Source: Candidatus Latescibacterota bacterium
GTDB taxonomy: Bacteria > Latescibacterota > UBA2968 > GCA-2709665
Length of the DNA stretch: 64,000 bases
NCBI GenBank assembly: GCA_965205485.1
Contig: OZ242180.1
Location: forward strand, 3,392,001 to 3,456,000
Reading direction: 5' to 3'
A program made the translations under genes and the position numbers. This document shows positions 9,550 to 18,826 of the stretch, piece by piece. Position 1 is the stretch's first letter. The number at the start of each line of letters is the position of its first letter. The notes beneath the pieces were generated by a model. The model worked only from the letters and a program-made list of their open reading frames with translations. It ran no database searches and had not been told where the DNA came from.

Positions 9550-10320
9550 ATGAATGATACCCTGCCATACTCAGTTGCGGTAATTTCAGATATTCACGGG
9601 AACGTGGCTGCGCTCAACGCTGTTCTTGAGGATCTGCGAAACCGACCCTATGACAGTCTGGTGGTCGCCGGTGACCTGGTGCTTAGCGGACCCCGTCCGG
9701 CCGAGAGTCTTGACGCAATACGGAATCTGGGGGTCCCCACGATTTACGGGAACACAGACCTGTTGGTCTTCGATGAACAGCATTCCGAGGAAAGACTGGT
9801 ATGGGTGAGAGAAAAGCTGGAAACGGATGGTGTGGACTATCTGAAGGGTCTGCCCATTGAGCACAGGATAACGCCGCCAGGTGGGCGATCTCCGGAGGAC
9901 GATCTTCTCATTGTGCACGCAACGCCTGCTGACGTGAATGGTATGTTGGTTCTTCAACCCGTTCCGTTCAGTCAGCGGCCGGTTACTCCGGAAGCCGAGG
10001 CCAGGACACTGCTGGGGGATGCGAAGGCCAATCTGATCGTGGCCGGACACCTTCACTATGCGTCCTGTGGCGTTCCGTGCGGTCAGCGATACAGCATTAT
10101 CGATTCGGTCGGGTTTCCGTATGACGGGGATCATCGAGCGGGATATGCCAGAGTGTGGTGGGACGGGCATGAATGGCACGTGGAAAATCACAGATTGAGT
10201 TACGATTACCGCAAGGTTGCGGAGGATCTCATGGGTTGTGGTGCGCAGTTTGGTGAGTTGTCAGCCCAAAGAATCCTTCAAGCCAGATTCAGGCCGGTCA
10301 CGCAGAATCCAGAAGCCTGA
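9550..10320 (+). CDS. Calcineurin-like metallophosphoesterase
   Basis: 'SDIHGN', 'GDLV', 'GNTD' and 'GHLH'. Confidence 0.85.
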   Translation: MNDTLPYSVAVISDIHGNVAALNAVLEDLRNRPYDSLVVAGDLVLSGPRPAESLDAIRNLGVPTIYGNTDLLVFDEQHSEERLVWVREKLETDGVDYLKGLPIEHRITPPGGRSPEDDLLIVHATPADVNGMLVLQPVPFSQRPVTPEAEARTLLGDAKANLIVAGHLHYASCGVPCGQRYSIIDSVGFPYDGDHRAGYARVWWDGHEWHVENHRLSYDYRKVAEDLMGCGAQFGELSAQRILQARFRPVTQNPEA

Positions 10321-10350
10321 TGGTGCGTGCAGGCGGTCTGCCCGTGACAG

Positions 10351-10388
10351 GCTTTGCCTGCAGAGCGACTTCATCAAAGGATTGTTAA
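10351..10388 (+). mobile_element. MITE family B, right-end fragment
   Basis: GCCTGCAGAGCGACTTCATCAAAGGATTGTTAA resembles 42165-42197. Confidence 0.65.
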
Positions 10389-10416
10389 ACCGCGCGGCGA
10401 AAGGATATAAAGCACC

Positions 10417-11067
10417 ATGCTGAGAGCCATTCTCTGGGACAACGACGGCGTCCTGGTCGACACCGAAGGCCTGTACCTCCAGGCCTGCCGCGAAACCCTG
10501 GAACCCCTTGGCGTACGGCTGAGCGATGACCGTTTCGTCGAGCTCTTCCTCAAGGCCGGCGAAGGCCTTAGCAGGATCGGTGCCGAACACGGTATAGACG
10601 AACAGACGCTGGAGGCCGCCCGCGTCCGGCGCAATGCCCGCTACACCGAATTCTTGCACGCCGGCGTACCTGTCATCGACGGCGCCCGCCAGGTGCTGCG
10701 CCAGCTCCTCGGCACGGTGCGCATGGGCATCGTCACCAGTTCCCAGCGGGAGCACTTTGAGATCATCCACGCCACAACCGGCCTGCTGGACTTTTTCGAT
10801 TTCACGCTCGTTCGCGAAGACTACCGGCATTCCAAGCCCGCCCCCGAGCCCTACCTGACGGCCATGAGGCAAAACGGCCTCAGCGCCGCGGAATGTGTCG
10901 TTATCGAAGACTCGGACCGGGGGCTGCGCTCCGCAATGGCGGCCGGACTGCGCTGCATCGTCATACCACAGGGCCTGACGCGCGGCCTGGATTTCACCGG
11001 CGCCCTGCGGCAACTGACCGACATCCGTCAGGTCCCGCCGCTGATCGATGAGCTGATTCAAACTTAG
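10417..11067 (+). CDS. HAD-IA family phosphatase
   Basis: 'WDNDGVLVDTE', 'KPAPEPY' and 'IEDS'. Confidence 0.85.
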   Translation: MLRAILWDNDGVLVDTEGLYLQACRETLEPLGVRLSDDRFVELFLKAGEGLSRIGAEHGIDEQTLEAARVRRNARYTEFLHAGVPVIDGARQVLRQLLGTVRMGIVTSSQREHFEIIHATTGLLDFFDFTLVREDYRHSKPAPEPYLTAMRQNGLSAAECVVIEDSDRGLRSAMAAGLRCIVIPQGLTRGLDFTGALRQLTDIRQVPPLIDELIQT

Positions 11068-11093
11068 TACTGTTTCAATTCCAGGAGAAAACA

Positions 11094-12551
11094 ATGACGG
11101 ACGAGAAAACGGCCTTCCTGTTTATTGACAATACGTTTGTCGAGAATCTCGACGGCGTCGTGCAAGGGGTCGTACCCGCAAAGAAGGTTTCGCACCAGCC
11201 GCTGATTGAGAAGGATCGGGCGTGGGAGGAGGAGTGGCTGATCGGGGGTTACGTCAACGTGCTGTACGACGACGACGAAGACATCTTCAAGATGTGGTAC
11301 GGCGTGAGCCGGAGATTGAGCGAAGCGCGTGGCGAAAGTGCGGACGGACTGGCCTACGTCGTGTCGCAGGACGGGATCCACTGGGAAAAACCCGTCCTCA
11401 ACCTCGTCGAGGACGCCGGCAGCAAAGAGAATAACCTGGTCTTTCCCTTCCTGAGGTGGGGGGCCGGAACGGGAGTCATGAAAGACCCCATCGAAACGGA
11501 CCCCGCCAAACGCTACAAGATGCTCTTTATGTTCCAGAGCGGAGACATGATATTCGCCGGTATCGTCCAGCCGGTCTGTGTGGCGTATTCTGCCGACGGG
11601 ATTCATTGGGACGTGCCCCAGCGCTGGCTCAATCCGGTCATTCCACAGGGCTCGGATACCCACCTGGTCGCCTATTGGGATACAAGAATCCACCGCTACG
11701 TCGTCTATCTGCGGGGCCGGCCTAACGTGCGCATCATCTGCATGGCCGAAAGCGATGATTTCGAAAACTGGACCCCGCGCAAGATCATCGTCGCACCCGA
11801 TGAGCACGATCCCCCGCAGGACCACGAGTTTTACGGAATGAGTTCGCTGGCGTATCGCGGCTTTCGCATCGGCTTCCTGTCCGTGTTTCACACGCTCAAC
11901 GAGGGGTGGATCGCCCGGAACCGGATCGAAGACTGGATGCCGGAATGGATGAACCGGATGGACATTCAGTTGACCTGTTCGAAGAACGGCCGGACCTGGC
12001 ATCGGGCGGGCAACCGCGAACCCATTCTGGAATGCGGCCCCCGCGGCAGCCACGACAGCGGAAGTGTCTATCCGTCTCATTCCCCCTTTGTCCGAGGCGA
12101 CGAGATCTGGGTCTATCACAGCTGCTCAAACGAACTGCACGGCGAGGGGACGCGCTACGGCGAAGAATCCCGGCGGGGAATCAATCTGGCAAAGATCGAA
12201 AAGGACCGGCTGGTCTGTCTGAAGACGGAGGCGCAGGGGGTCGTGACCACGGTCCCGCTGAGTATCCAGCCCAATGCATTGTGGATCAACGCCGATGCGA
12301 CCGGCGGTTCAATTCGAGTGGAGATCGTCGATCCGTTTGACCGGGTCGTGCCGGGTTTCGGCAAAGAAGACTGCATCCCTTTCTCGGCGAATGAAACAGA
12401 ATACCGGGTACAATGGAAAAGCGATCCGCAAGGCGCAGTCGGGGATAACGAAGGTGGACTCGAAGAGAAGATGGTCTCACAGGCTCGCGGCGGGGTCAAG
12501 GTCAAAGTGTACCTGGACCGCGCCAGGCTGTTTGCTCTTTACGCGTCCTGA
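11094..12551 (+). CDS. Five-bladed beta-propeller glycosidase-like protein (GH32/43/130-like)
   Basis: Repeated Asp-box-like SxDGIHW, ESDDFENW and SKNGRTW. Confidence 0.7.
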   Translation: MTDEKTAFLFIDNTFVENLDGVVQGVVPAKKVSHQPLIEKDRAWEEEWLIGGYVNVLYDDDEDIFKMWYGVSRRLSEARGESADGLAYVVSQDGIHWEKPVLNLVEDAGSKENNLVFPFLRWGAGTGVMKDPIETDPAKRYKMLFMFQSGDMIFAGIVQPVCVAYSADGIHWDVPQRWLNPVIPQGSDTHLVAYWDTRIHRYVVYLRGRPNVRIICMAESDDFENWTPRKIIVAPDEHDPPQDHEFYGMSSLAYRGFRIGFLSVFHTLNEGWIARNRIEDWMPEWMNRMDIQLTCSKNGRTWHRAGNREPILECGPRGSHDSGSVYPSHSPFVRGDEIWVYHSCSNELHGEGTRYGEESRRGINLAKIEKDRLVCLKTEAQGVVTTVPLSIQPNALWINADATGGSIRVEIVDPFDRVVPGFGKEDCIPFSANETEYRVQWKSDPQGAVGDNEGGLEEKMVSQARGGVKVKVYLDRARLFALYAS

Positions 12552-12595
12552 AGCCATTTCGCAGAATCACATGTCAGGCCGTGCGGAGGACCGCC

Positions 12596-13723
12596 ATGAT
12601 GTGGGAACTGCTGCATCCAGACCAGGACCAGGCCGAGGATGTGCCCTGCAGACGGGCGGCCTTTGGCGGGATGTTGAGCTACAATGGATGCGTCTACCTG
12701 TTCGGGGGGATAAAAGTGATGTACGGCCGGCCGAAAGGGCCCGGAGATCTCTCCGTCCAGGGTTCATTGAACGACCTGTGGCGCTACGACCCGGGTCCAG
12801 GCCTGTGGACGCGACTGGAAGACCATGATGGGCGCATCGGGTTCAGACCGTCCGACACCAGACCTTGTACCCGGAAGCTCACGACCTGGCTGCCGGCGAA
12901 CGGCAGGCTCTATCTTTTTGGCGGGTCCTCAGTACAGGGCCCCGGCGATCGGGGGATCAAACTGAACGATCTCTGGGCCTACGATCCGAAGACTGCCTCG
13001 TGGGAGCTGATAGAGCCCGACGACGGGCGCGCATCGGGAATTATGGCGGATGGGCATCGTCCCGCCGGTTACGGCGGGATGGGGGCGGCCGTCCTGGGTG
13101 ATTGCCTGTATCTGATGGGGGGACATGGCGCGATGACGCACGCACAGCTGTGGACCTACAGGGCGACGGCCGGGAAATGGGAGCACCTTGGGCCTTCATC
13201 GACAGGGTGTGACGGTTGGCCGCCGAAACGATACTGCCCCGCGTTTGCCGGCTGGAACGGCAGGCTCTACCTGTGGGGCGGTCGGGACAGCCAGGATCGA
13301 ACGCCGGAGTTCTACAACGATCTGTGGGAATACGATCCCGGCGGAGGCGCCTGGACCTGCATTGAGGAGAACCGGCCGGATGACGTTGCACGGCCTTCCC
13401 CCCGGTACGGGCTGGGATACGCTGTGATCGGAGATCACCTGTATCTGTTCGGAGGATTTGCAGGAGGGGAAGGGGAGCACCCACAGTTGAACGATCTGTG
13501 GCAGTACGATCTTCGAGCCGGCCGGTGGGACTGTCTGTATCCACACAACGGCGCGAAGGATTACTCTGCCGGCGCCGAACGTCCCGGTGTGAAGCGAATC
13601 CCCGTTATGACAGTGGGGGGCGGGTCCGCCTATCTCTTCGGGGGGCTCGACCTGGCTACCGGGCCGCAGGGTGAAGGGCCGCTGGCGGCGTACAACGATT
13701 TCTGGCGCGGAACCCCGGCCTGA
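12596..13723 (+). CDS. Kelch-repeat protein
   Basis: Repeats of YLFGG...NDLW.YD; GGAGGA RBS. Confidence 0.85.
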   Translation: MMWELLHPDQDQAEDVPCRRAAFGGMLSYNGCVYLFGGIKVMYGRPKGPGDLSVQGSLNDLWRYDPGPGLWTRLEDHDGRIGFRPSDTRPCTRKLTTWLPANGRLYLFGGSSVQGPGDRGIKLNDLWAYDPKTASWELIEPDDGRASGIMADGHRPAGYGGMGAAVLGDCLYLMGGHGAMTHAQLWTYRATAGKWEHLGPSSTGCDGWPPKRYCPAFAGWNGRLYLWGGRDSQDRTPEFYNDLWEYDPGGGAWTCIEENRPDDVARPSPRYGLGYAVIGDHLYLFGGFAGGEGEHPQLNDLWQYDLRAGRWDCLYPHNGAKDYSAGAERPGVKRIPVMTVGGGSAYLFGGLDLATGPQGEGPLAAYNDFWRGTPA

Positions 13724-13795
13724 AGGGCAAACCCTTCGGAGTTCATCAACCCGCACAACGTTATGTGAAATCACTATAAGGCATGGGGAGTCATA

Positions 13796-14347
13796 ATGAT
13801 CGAACAAAATCACCTGGACCTCTTACTCGACCTGAACACCGACGAAAATCCTCACACCGGCGGATATCTTATGGATCATCTTCGGGGAACACACGACCTC
13901 CTCCAGGCTTGGGGCAACGACCAAACCGTGTGTCTTGGAGGTTTATTTCATAGCATCTACGGCACGCAATCCTACAAGACAGAGTCAGCATCGCTTGAAG
14001 ATCGCCAACGCATCCGCCAAGTGATTGGCGAGAGGGCCGAGCGATTGGCTTTTCTCTTCAGTGTTTCGATCCGCAGTGGGTTCTTCGAAGGATTAGGAAA
14101 GGAAGGGGCAACTGTGTGGAACCGTGTTCACGAGGAGAACATACCCGTCACGCAAGCGGATCTTAGCGACCTCATTGAAATGGAGGTTGCCAACTACTTG
14201 GAATTCATGCCGAGATCCCATTTCACGGTTGAGGAACTTGACAGGTTCGAGGCCAAAGTGGAGCGAGGGAAGCCCTTACTCTCACCCCTGGCCTACAAAG
14301 CGATCAAGGCAGGAATAGGATCGAAACGCCTTACCATAGCCTCGTAG
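13796..14347 (+). CDS. DUF6817-like (HD-like) protein on a complete gene cassette
   Basis: 'HLRGTHDLLQAWG...GLFHSIYGT'. Flanked by GTTATGTGAAATCAC (13760) and GTGACTTCACATAAC (14356). Confidence 0.75.
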   Translation: MIEQNHLDLLLDLNTDENPHTGGYLMDHLRGTHDLLQAWGNDQTVCLGGLFHSIYGTQSYKTESASLEDRQRIRQVIGERAERLAFLFSVSIRSGFFEGLGKEGATVWNRVHEENIPVTQADLSDLIEMEVANYLEFMPRSHFTVEELDRFEAKVERGKPLLSPLAYKAIKAGIGSKRLTIAS

Positions 14348-14363
14348 GGAGAGAGGTGACTTC

Positions 14364-14437
14364 ACATAACGTATCCGTGCCCGGCTACGCCCTGCGCCCA
14401 ACCGCTTCGCGGTTCGGGAACGGGGAGAACGTTACAC
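14364..14437 (+). other. attC site (best preserved)
   Basis: ACATAAC...GTTACAC, 74 bp. TAACGT..CCG / CGG..ACGTTA stem with inner AACCGC-TTC-GCGGTT hairpin. R'' is complementary to the cassette start at 13760. Confidence 0.8.
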
Positions 14438-14494
14438 GAACAATGAGGGCCTGGTCAATGAATTGGCCAACACTCTTCACAGATTGCCTGCAAT

Positions 14495-15262
14495 ATGGGT
14501 TTAGGCAAGCTTGTCGATAGTTGGAGAGGTGAAGAGGAACAGCTCTTCTCGGGATGGGACTTTTCCTGTCTGGATGGCAGGATGTTTGAAGAGCAAGCTC
14601 CATGGTCTTATTCTTTACGGGCTGCCGAGCTCATGCGTCGAGGCTCATCTGTTGTTGACCTGGGAACAGGTGGGGGTGAGCGGTTCCTGGACTTACAGGA
14701 ATACTGGCCTGAAGTGGTTGTGGCGACGGAGGAATATGCGCCAAACCTCAAGTTGGCAACAGAGCGACTCGTTCCATTGGGAGCGAAAGTTGTGGATGTG
14801 CGATTAACCGATCGCGATCCAGTGCCTTTTTCCGACAGTGAGTTTGATCTCGTTCTGAACCGCCATTCCGCATTCAATCCCAATGAAGTTGCCCGTATTC
14901 TCGCGCCTGGCGGCACGTTCCTGACACAACAGATCCATGGGCTGTGGGCCTATGACTTGCTGGCTGCATTCGACGTGAAACCGCAATGGCCCGGATCCAC
15001 CCTTGAAAGGTACGTGGCTCAATTGAGAAAGACGGGCCTGACCATTCTCAATGCCGATGAATGGTCTGGCCGGCTGGCTTTCGCCGACGTAGGCGCCGTG
15101 GTCTACTACTTGAAGGCGGTTCCCTGGCTGGTACCCGGGTTTACAGTCGAAACGCACGTGGAGCACCTGTTAAGGCTGCAACACCGGCTTGACAGCGGTG
15201 ATGAGCTGGCGTTCACGGCAAGGAAGTTCTTGATTGAAGCGCAAAAAGATGAGCTATCTTGA
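14495..15262 (+). CDS. Class I SAM-dependent methyltransferase
   Basis: 'VDLGTGGGE', 'FDLVLNRH' and 'LAPGGTFLTQQ'. Confidence 0.85.
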   Translation: MGLGKLVDSWRGEEEQLFSGWDFSCLDGRMFEEQAPWSYSLRAAELMRRGSSVVDLGTGGGERFLDLQEYWPEVVVATEEYAPNLKLATERLVPLGAKVVDVRLTDRDPVPFSDSEFDLVLNRHSAFNPNEVARILAPGGTFLTQQIHGLWAYDLLAAFDVKPQWPGSTLERYVAQLRKTGLTILNADEWSGRLAFADVGAVVYYLKAVPWLVPGFTVETHVEHLLRLQHRLDSGDELAFTARKFLIEAQKDELS

Positions 15263-15293
15263 ACCGCGCCATCTGGCATCGACGTCGACCATC

Positions 15294-15399
15294 TACGTGT
15301 GACAACACGTTGGCGCGCTGCGGTGGCTAAAGCCGGCTTGGCGAGATGGCAACCCGACCATAGAGCCGTGTGGGTTGGCAATTGGCGGGATCGTTGGCC
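15294..15399 (+). other. attC-like site (decayed)
   Basis: TACGTGTGAC is 8/10 complementary to the cassette start GTTACACGAA (14431); ends in GTTGGCC. Confidence 0.5.
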
Positions 15400-15577
15400 G
15401 AAATTGTCCCACCCAATGAACAACGACATATAGCAGAAAAGGACAGGAATCCCCAACAAACCAGCCACTTAGAGTCCTCCCTCCATTCCTTTCCGTCTAC
15501 TCGTCTCGAATACTCCACAGGCAGTTCGGATCCCATCGAACGGCACGGTCTCGCACTCTCGCGTTTGTTCCTATACA

Positions 15578-16003
15578 TGTCATTCTGAGCGAAGTCGAAG
15601 CGTCTGTCGCCGCTTCGGTCTCGCGCTGCAGGCAAACGTGCTGCCTCTCAGGTATCGACACGTGCAAATCACACGGGGAGGAACCGATGCTGCAGTAGAT
15701 CCTTCGTCTGCCAGGGGGGCCTCCTCAGGGCTCTGGATGACAACGGGAAGCCACGTGCATGACAATCTTAAGACATGTCATTCTGAGCGCGCTGGCCTCC
15801 TCAGGATGGCATGTTCTGCAAAGGTGTGGGCTCTGCGTTTCGCCAAGGGCAATCGCAAAGCGCGTCAATCACAGCGCAGCGAAGAATCTCCCGTATTCTC
15901 GATTGTACGTGTCTCATATGGTCTTTGAAGACGACCTTGTGCGCGGACGCATCGATTGCCTGATGACCCTTCGACAGGCTCGGGGCAAGTCCTCAACATG
16001 ACA
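15578..16003. repeat. Two tandem REPIN-like units (TGTCATTCTGAGC...ATGACA)
   Basis: Units at 15578-15742 and 15776-16003. The first is homologous throughout to 29917-30136. Confidence 0.7.
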
Positions 16004-16193
16004 GTCTTCTCAAAGGTAGGATCGACTCGTTTCGCCAATGGTCTTGGACAATTTTTCCAGCCGTTTATTTCGCGATTTTCGTAGTTAATCAAATCCGTTC
16101 TTGGACAGGTGTGAGAAAAACACAGAATAAGTACACCCAATGCAATCCAAATGGGATATTATCGGTGAAGGCCTTCATAATCAGAGGATCGAG

Positions 16194-18008
16194 ATGGAAA
16201 CACTGAAGCCGATATTTGAACGCGCAAAGCAAGGAGACCTGACGGCCTACGAGCAGATTGTGGCACACTTTCAAGATCTCGCCGTGGGATACGGGTTCGC
16301 GTTGTTGAGGGATTTTCACCTGGCACAGGACGCGGCGCAGGAGGCGTTTACAGAGGCGTGGGTGAATCTGGAGCGGGTGTACGACGTCTTCGCCTTTCCT
16401 GCTTTGTTACGCAAGATCGTGTTCAAACATTGCGATCGGATGACGCGCCGGGGTAAGAAGGTCGAGATTGTATCGATGGAGCAACTCGTCGAGATCGCAT
16501 CGGAAGAGCAGCATCCGGATCGAACAACAGAAGTAAGAGAGATGCGTTGCCTTGTGCGAGAAGCGATCAACACGTTGCACGAAAACGAGCGTCAGGCCGT
16601 GTCTTTGTTCTACATCTCGGATTATTCACAGCGGGAAGTGGCCGCTTTTCTGGGTGTGTCAGTCGCCGTCGTGAAGAACCGTCTGCGGTCTGCGCGGAAA
16701 CGGCTCAAGGAAAGGCTATTCGATATGGTGAAGGACAATATGCATGAGAACCGGCCTTCGCGGGACGATCGGTTCATTGACCGTGTTCGAGAAATCCTGG
16801 CGCCTGATCAAACGAACCATAGCGAAGGTATCTATGAGTTGCTGGACAGGCGCTGGAACGCCATAGGCCGTCAGTGTCGCGCCGGACGCATTGCGCACAG
16901 TCACTACGACTGGCAGACGTCGCGGATCGGAACGATGGATGGTGATGTGGTCACGCACGCGGGCATTTATGATCTGTCGATGCGCATCGGCAGCGCAACG
17001 GTCCGGACCGGGGGCATCAATCTGCCGACCGTGCATCCCGACTATCGCGATGAGGGGATCTACGCGGAGACAATTCAGGCAGCGCTGGACGCCATGTATG
17101 CCCATGGTTATGATATGTCGTGTACACGTACCGAACCGCTCGATCGCTTTGCGAATTTCGGCTACGTGCTTGCCTGGCCCGATCAGGAGACGTATTTTAT
17201 AGACACCGAGCACCTGCCCGAAGCAGCCCCGGACATAGAGCTGGAGGAAGTACATGTCAACGTGATTCACGGGCGCAGAGACCTGGCTGAACTTCACAAT
17301 CGATGGCACGACGGGTTGACCGGCACGACCGTCCGTCCAACGTACCGAAGAGGCAAGTGCCCGCCGGAAGACGACGATCCGTGGACAGCGTACATTTTCA
17401 ACGATAGAACCGGACGTGCGGTCGGTTATCTCTACGATGGCCCCAATACAGAGAAAGATCACGAGGGGCGCGACCTGCGTCATACGGATTCAGCCGGTGA
17501 TCCGGAACAGATCCTGCGCGTTTTAGGGCAACTTGCCCGGCAATACCGGGGACCCAGGGTGCAATTCGTCCGACTCCCCTGGCGCAGCGCGCTGGCACGA
17601 CGCGTGCGACAGTTGCCTCATCTTTATTCAGCCAGAAACCACAATGGTCGGACGGGGAACCAGATTCGCATCATCAACCTTGAGACGACGTTGTGCAAGA
17701 TCGCACCGGAACTATCTCGACGTTTACGAAAATCGCATCTCAGATATTTCATGGGTACATTACAGATTTCCATCCCGGATCAGTCTGCAATTCTATCCAT
17801 CGACAACGGTGAAGTCTCTGTGCAACCTGGTGGCAAGGCAGACAACACCATTGAAGGCGGTTATGAGTTTGCACAATTCATCATTGGAAAAGAAGCGCCA
17901 ATTGAGATTGCCGATCGGTCGGATATGTTGCTTGCTGGCGATGCGGCAGAGCTCCTGGATGCGCTCTTTCCTGCCCAACATCCGCAGATGCCGAATGAAG
18001 ATCTATAA
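16194..18008 (+). CDS. ECF sigma-70 factor fused to an Eis-like GNAT acetyltransferase
   Basis: Region 2 'AQDAAQEAF', region 4 'YSQREVAAFLGVSVAVVKNRLRSAR', then 'GGINLPTVHPDYRDEG' and an SCP2-like C-terminus. Confidence 0.8.
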   Translation: METLKPIFERAKQGDLTAYEQIVAHFQDLAVGYGFALLRDFHLAQDAAQEAFTEAWVNLERVYDVFAFPALLRKIVFKHCDRMTRRGKKVEIVSMEQLVEIASEEQHPDRTTEVREMRCLVREAINTLHENERQAVSLFYISDYSQREVAAFLGVSVAVVKNRLRSARKRLKERLFDMVKDNMHENRPSRDDRFIDRVREILAPDQTNHSEGIYELLDRRWNAIGRQCRAGRIAHSHYDWQTSRIGTMDGDVVTHAGIYDLSMRIGSATVRTGGINLPTVHPDYRDEGIYAETIQAALDAMYAHGYDMSCTRTEPLDRFANFGYVLAWPDQETYFIDTEHLPEAAPDIELEEVHVNVIHGRRDLAELHNRWHDGLTGTTVRPTYRRGKCPPEDDDPWTAYIFNDRTGRAVGYLYDGPNTEKDHEGRDLRHTDSAGDPEQILRVLGQLARQYRGPRVQFVRLPWRSALARRVRQLPHLYSARNHNGRTGNQIRIINLETTLCKIAPELSRRLRKSHLRYFMGTLQISIPDQSAILSIDNGEVSVQPGGKADNTIEGGYEFAQFIIGKEAPIEIADRSDMLLAGDAAELLDALFPAQHPQMPNEDL

Positions 18009-18155
18009 GATTCTCCGCTCCTTCGTCGCTTCACCCAAACGGCCCTGCGTGAGTCACTGACAGAGTGCCAGAAACCCCTCACACTGGTTGATGAAGTGCC
18101 GATTCTGCGATGCTTGCGCGTTTGCGGACTTCTTTAAGCGCAGAATGCGAACTGT

Positions 18156-18764
18156 ATGACCACTCCTGAGATTCCCTTCAGCCAATGGCAACCCTTGTCA
18201 GTCTAGGAATTGACGCAATTGTTCGCTGGCGCTCCTTTCATGTGGGGACTCGCCGGCGGTTATGCGGTTGAGCAGTTCGCGGGAAAGCGCGTCAGAGACC
18301 ACGGCGATATAGACGTCATCGTGTACCGGGATCAGCAACTCGAAGTACAGAGCTGGCTCTCGAATTGGCATCTGCACGCGGCTGATCCGGCTGGTTCATT
18401 GCGACCCTGGGCGAAATCGGAGTACTTGCCTTACGGGATATTTGACATCTGGGGCCATACCGGCATAAAGGCATGGCAGCTTCAGATCATGTTAACGGAA
18501 AGCGAAGGCGACAGGTGGTTCAGCAAGCGCAGCAGACTGATTGGCGGGCAACGAGGAGACTTGATCGTCACATACAGGAATGTACCCTGCATACGGATCG
18601 AGGTTCAACTGCTGTACAAAGCCAGGAATCCTCGTTCGAAAGACGATCTGGACTTTGAGACGTGCCTGCCGCTGATGTCCGCCGAGGCAAAGAGATGGTT
18701 GGGAGCCGGGTTGGAGGTCTTGTATCCTGAAGGGCATCGCTGGCAAGGGTTACTAACGGAATAG
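18156..18764 (+). pseudogene. Aminoglycoside 2''-adenylyltransferase-like nucleotidyltransferase with an in-frame TAG
   Basis: ATG at 18156 gives MTTPEIPFSQWQPLSV*ELTQLF, with TAG at 18204-18206. Motif 'AGGYAVE...RDHGDIDV'. Confidence 0.7.
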
Positions 18765-18826
18765 CGGCCTGCATAGTAAGGCGCGGCCGAGATACGACAG
18801 CGTAACGCGAGCGCGAAGGAGGTGTC

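Noticed and set aside
15400..15480. Possible small minus-strand membrane gene (MAGLLGIPVLFCYMSLFIGW) with a GGAGG RBS
   Set aside because: It runs into the attC-like site and the methyltransferase antisense, and cannot be supported without homology.
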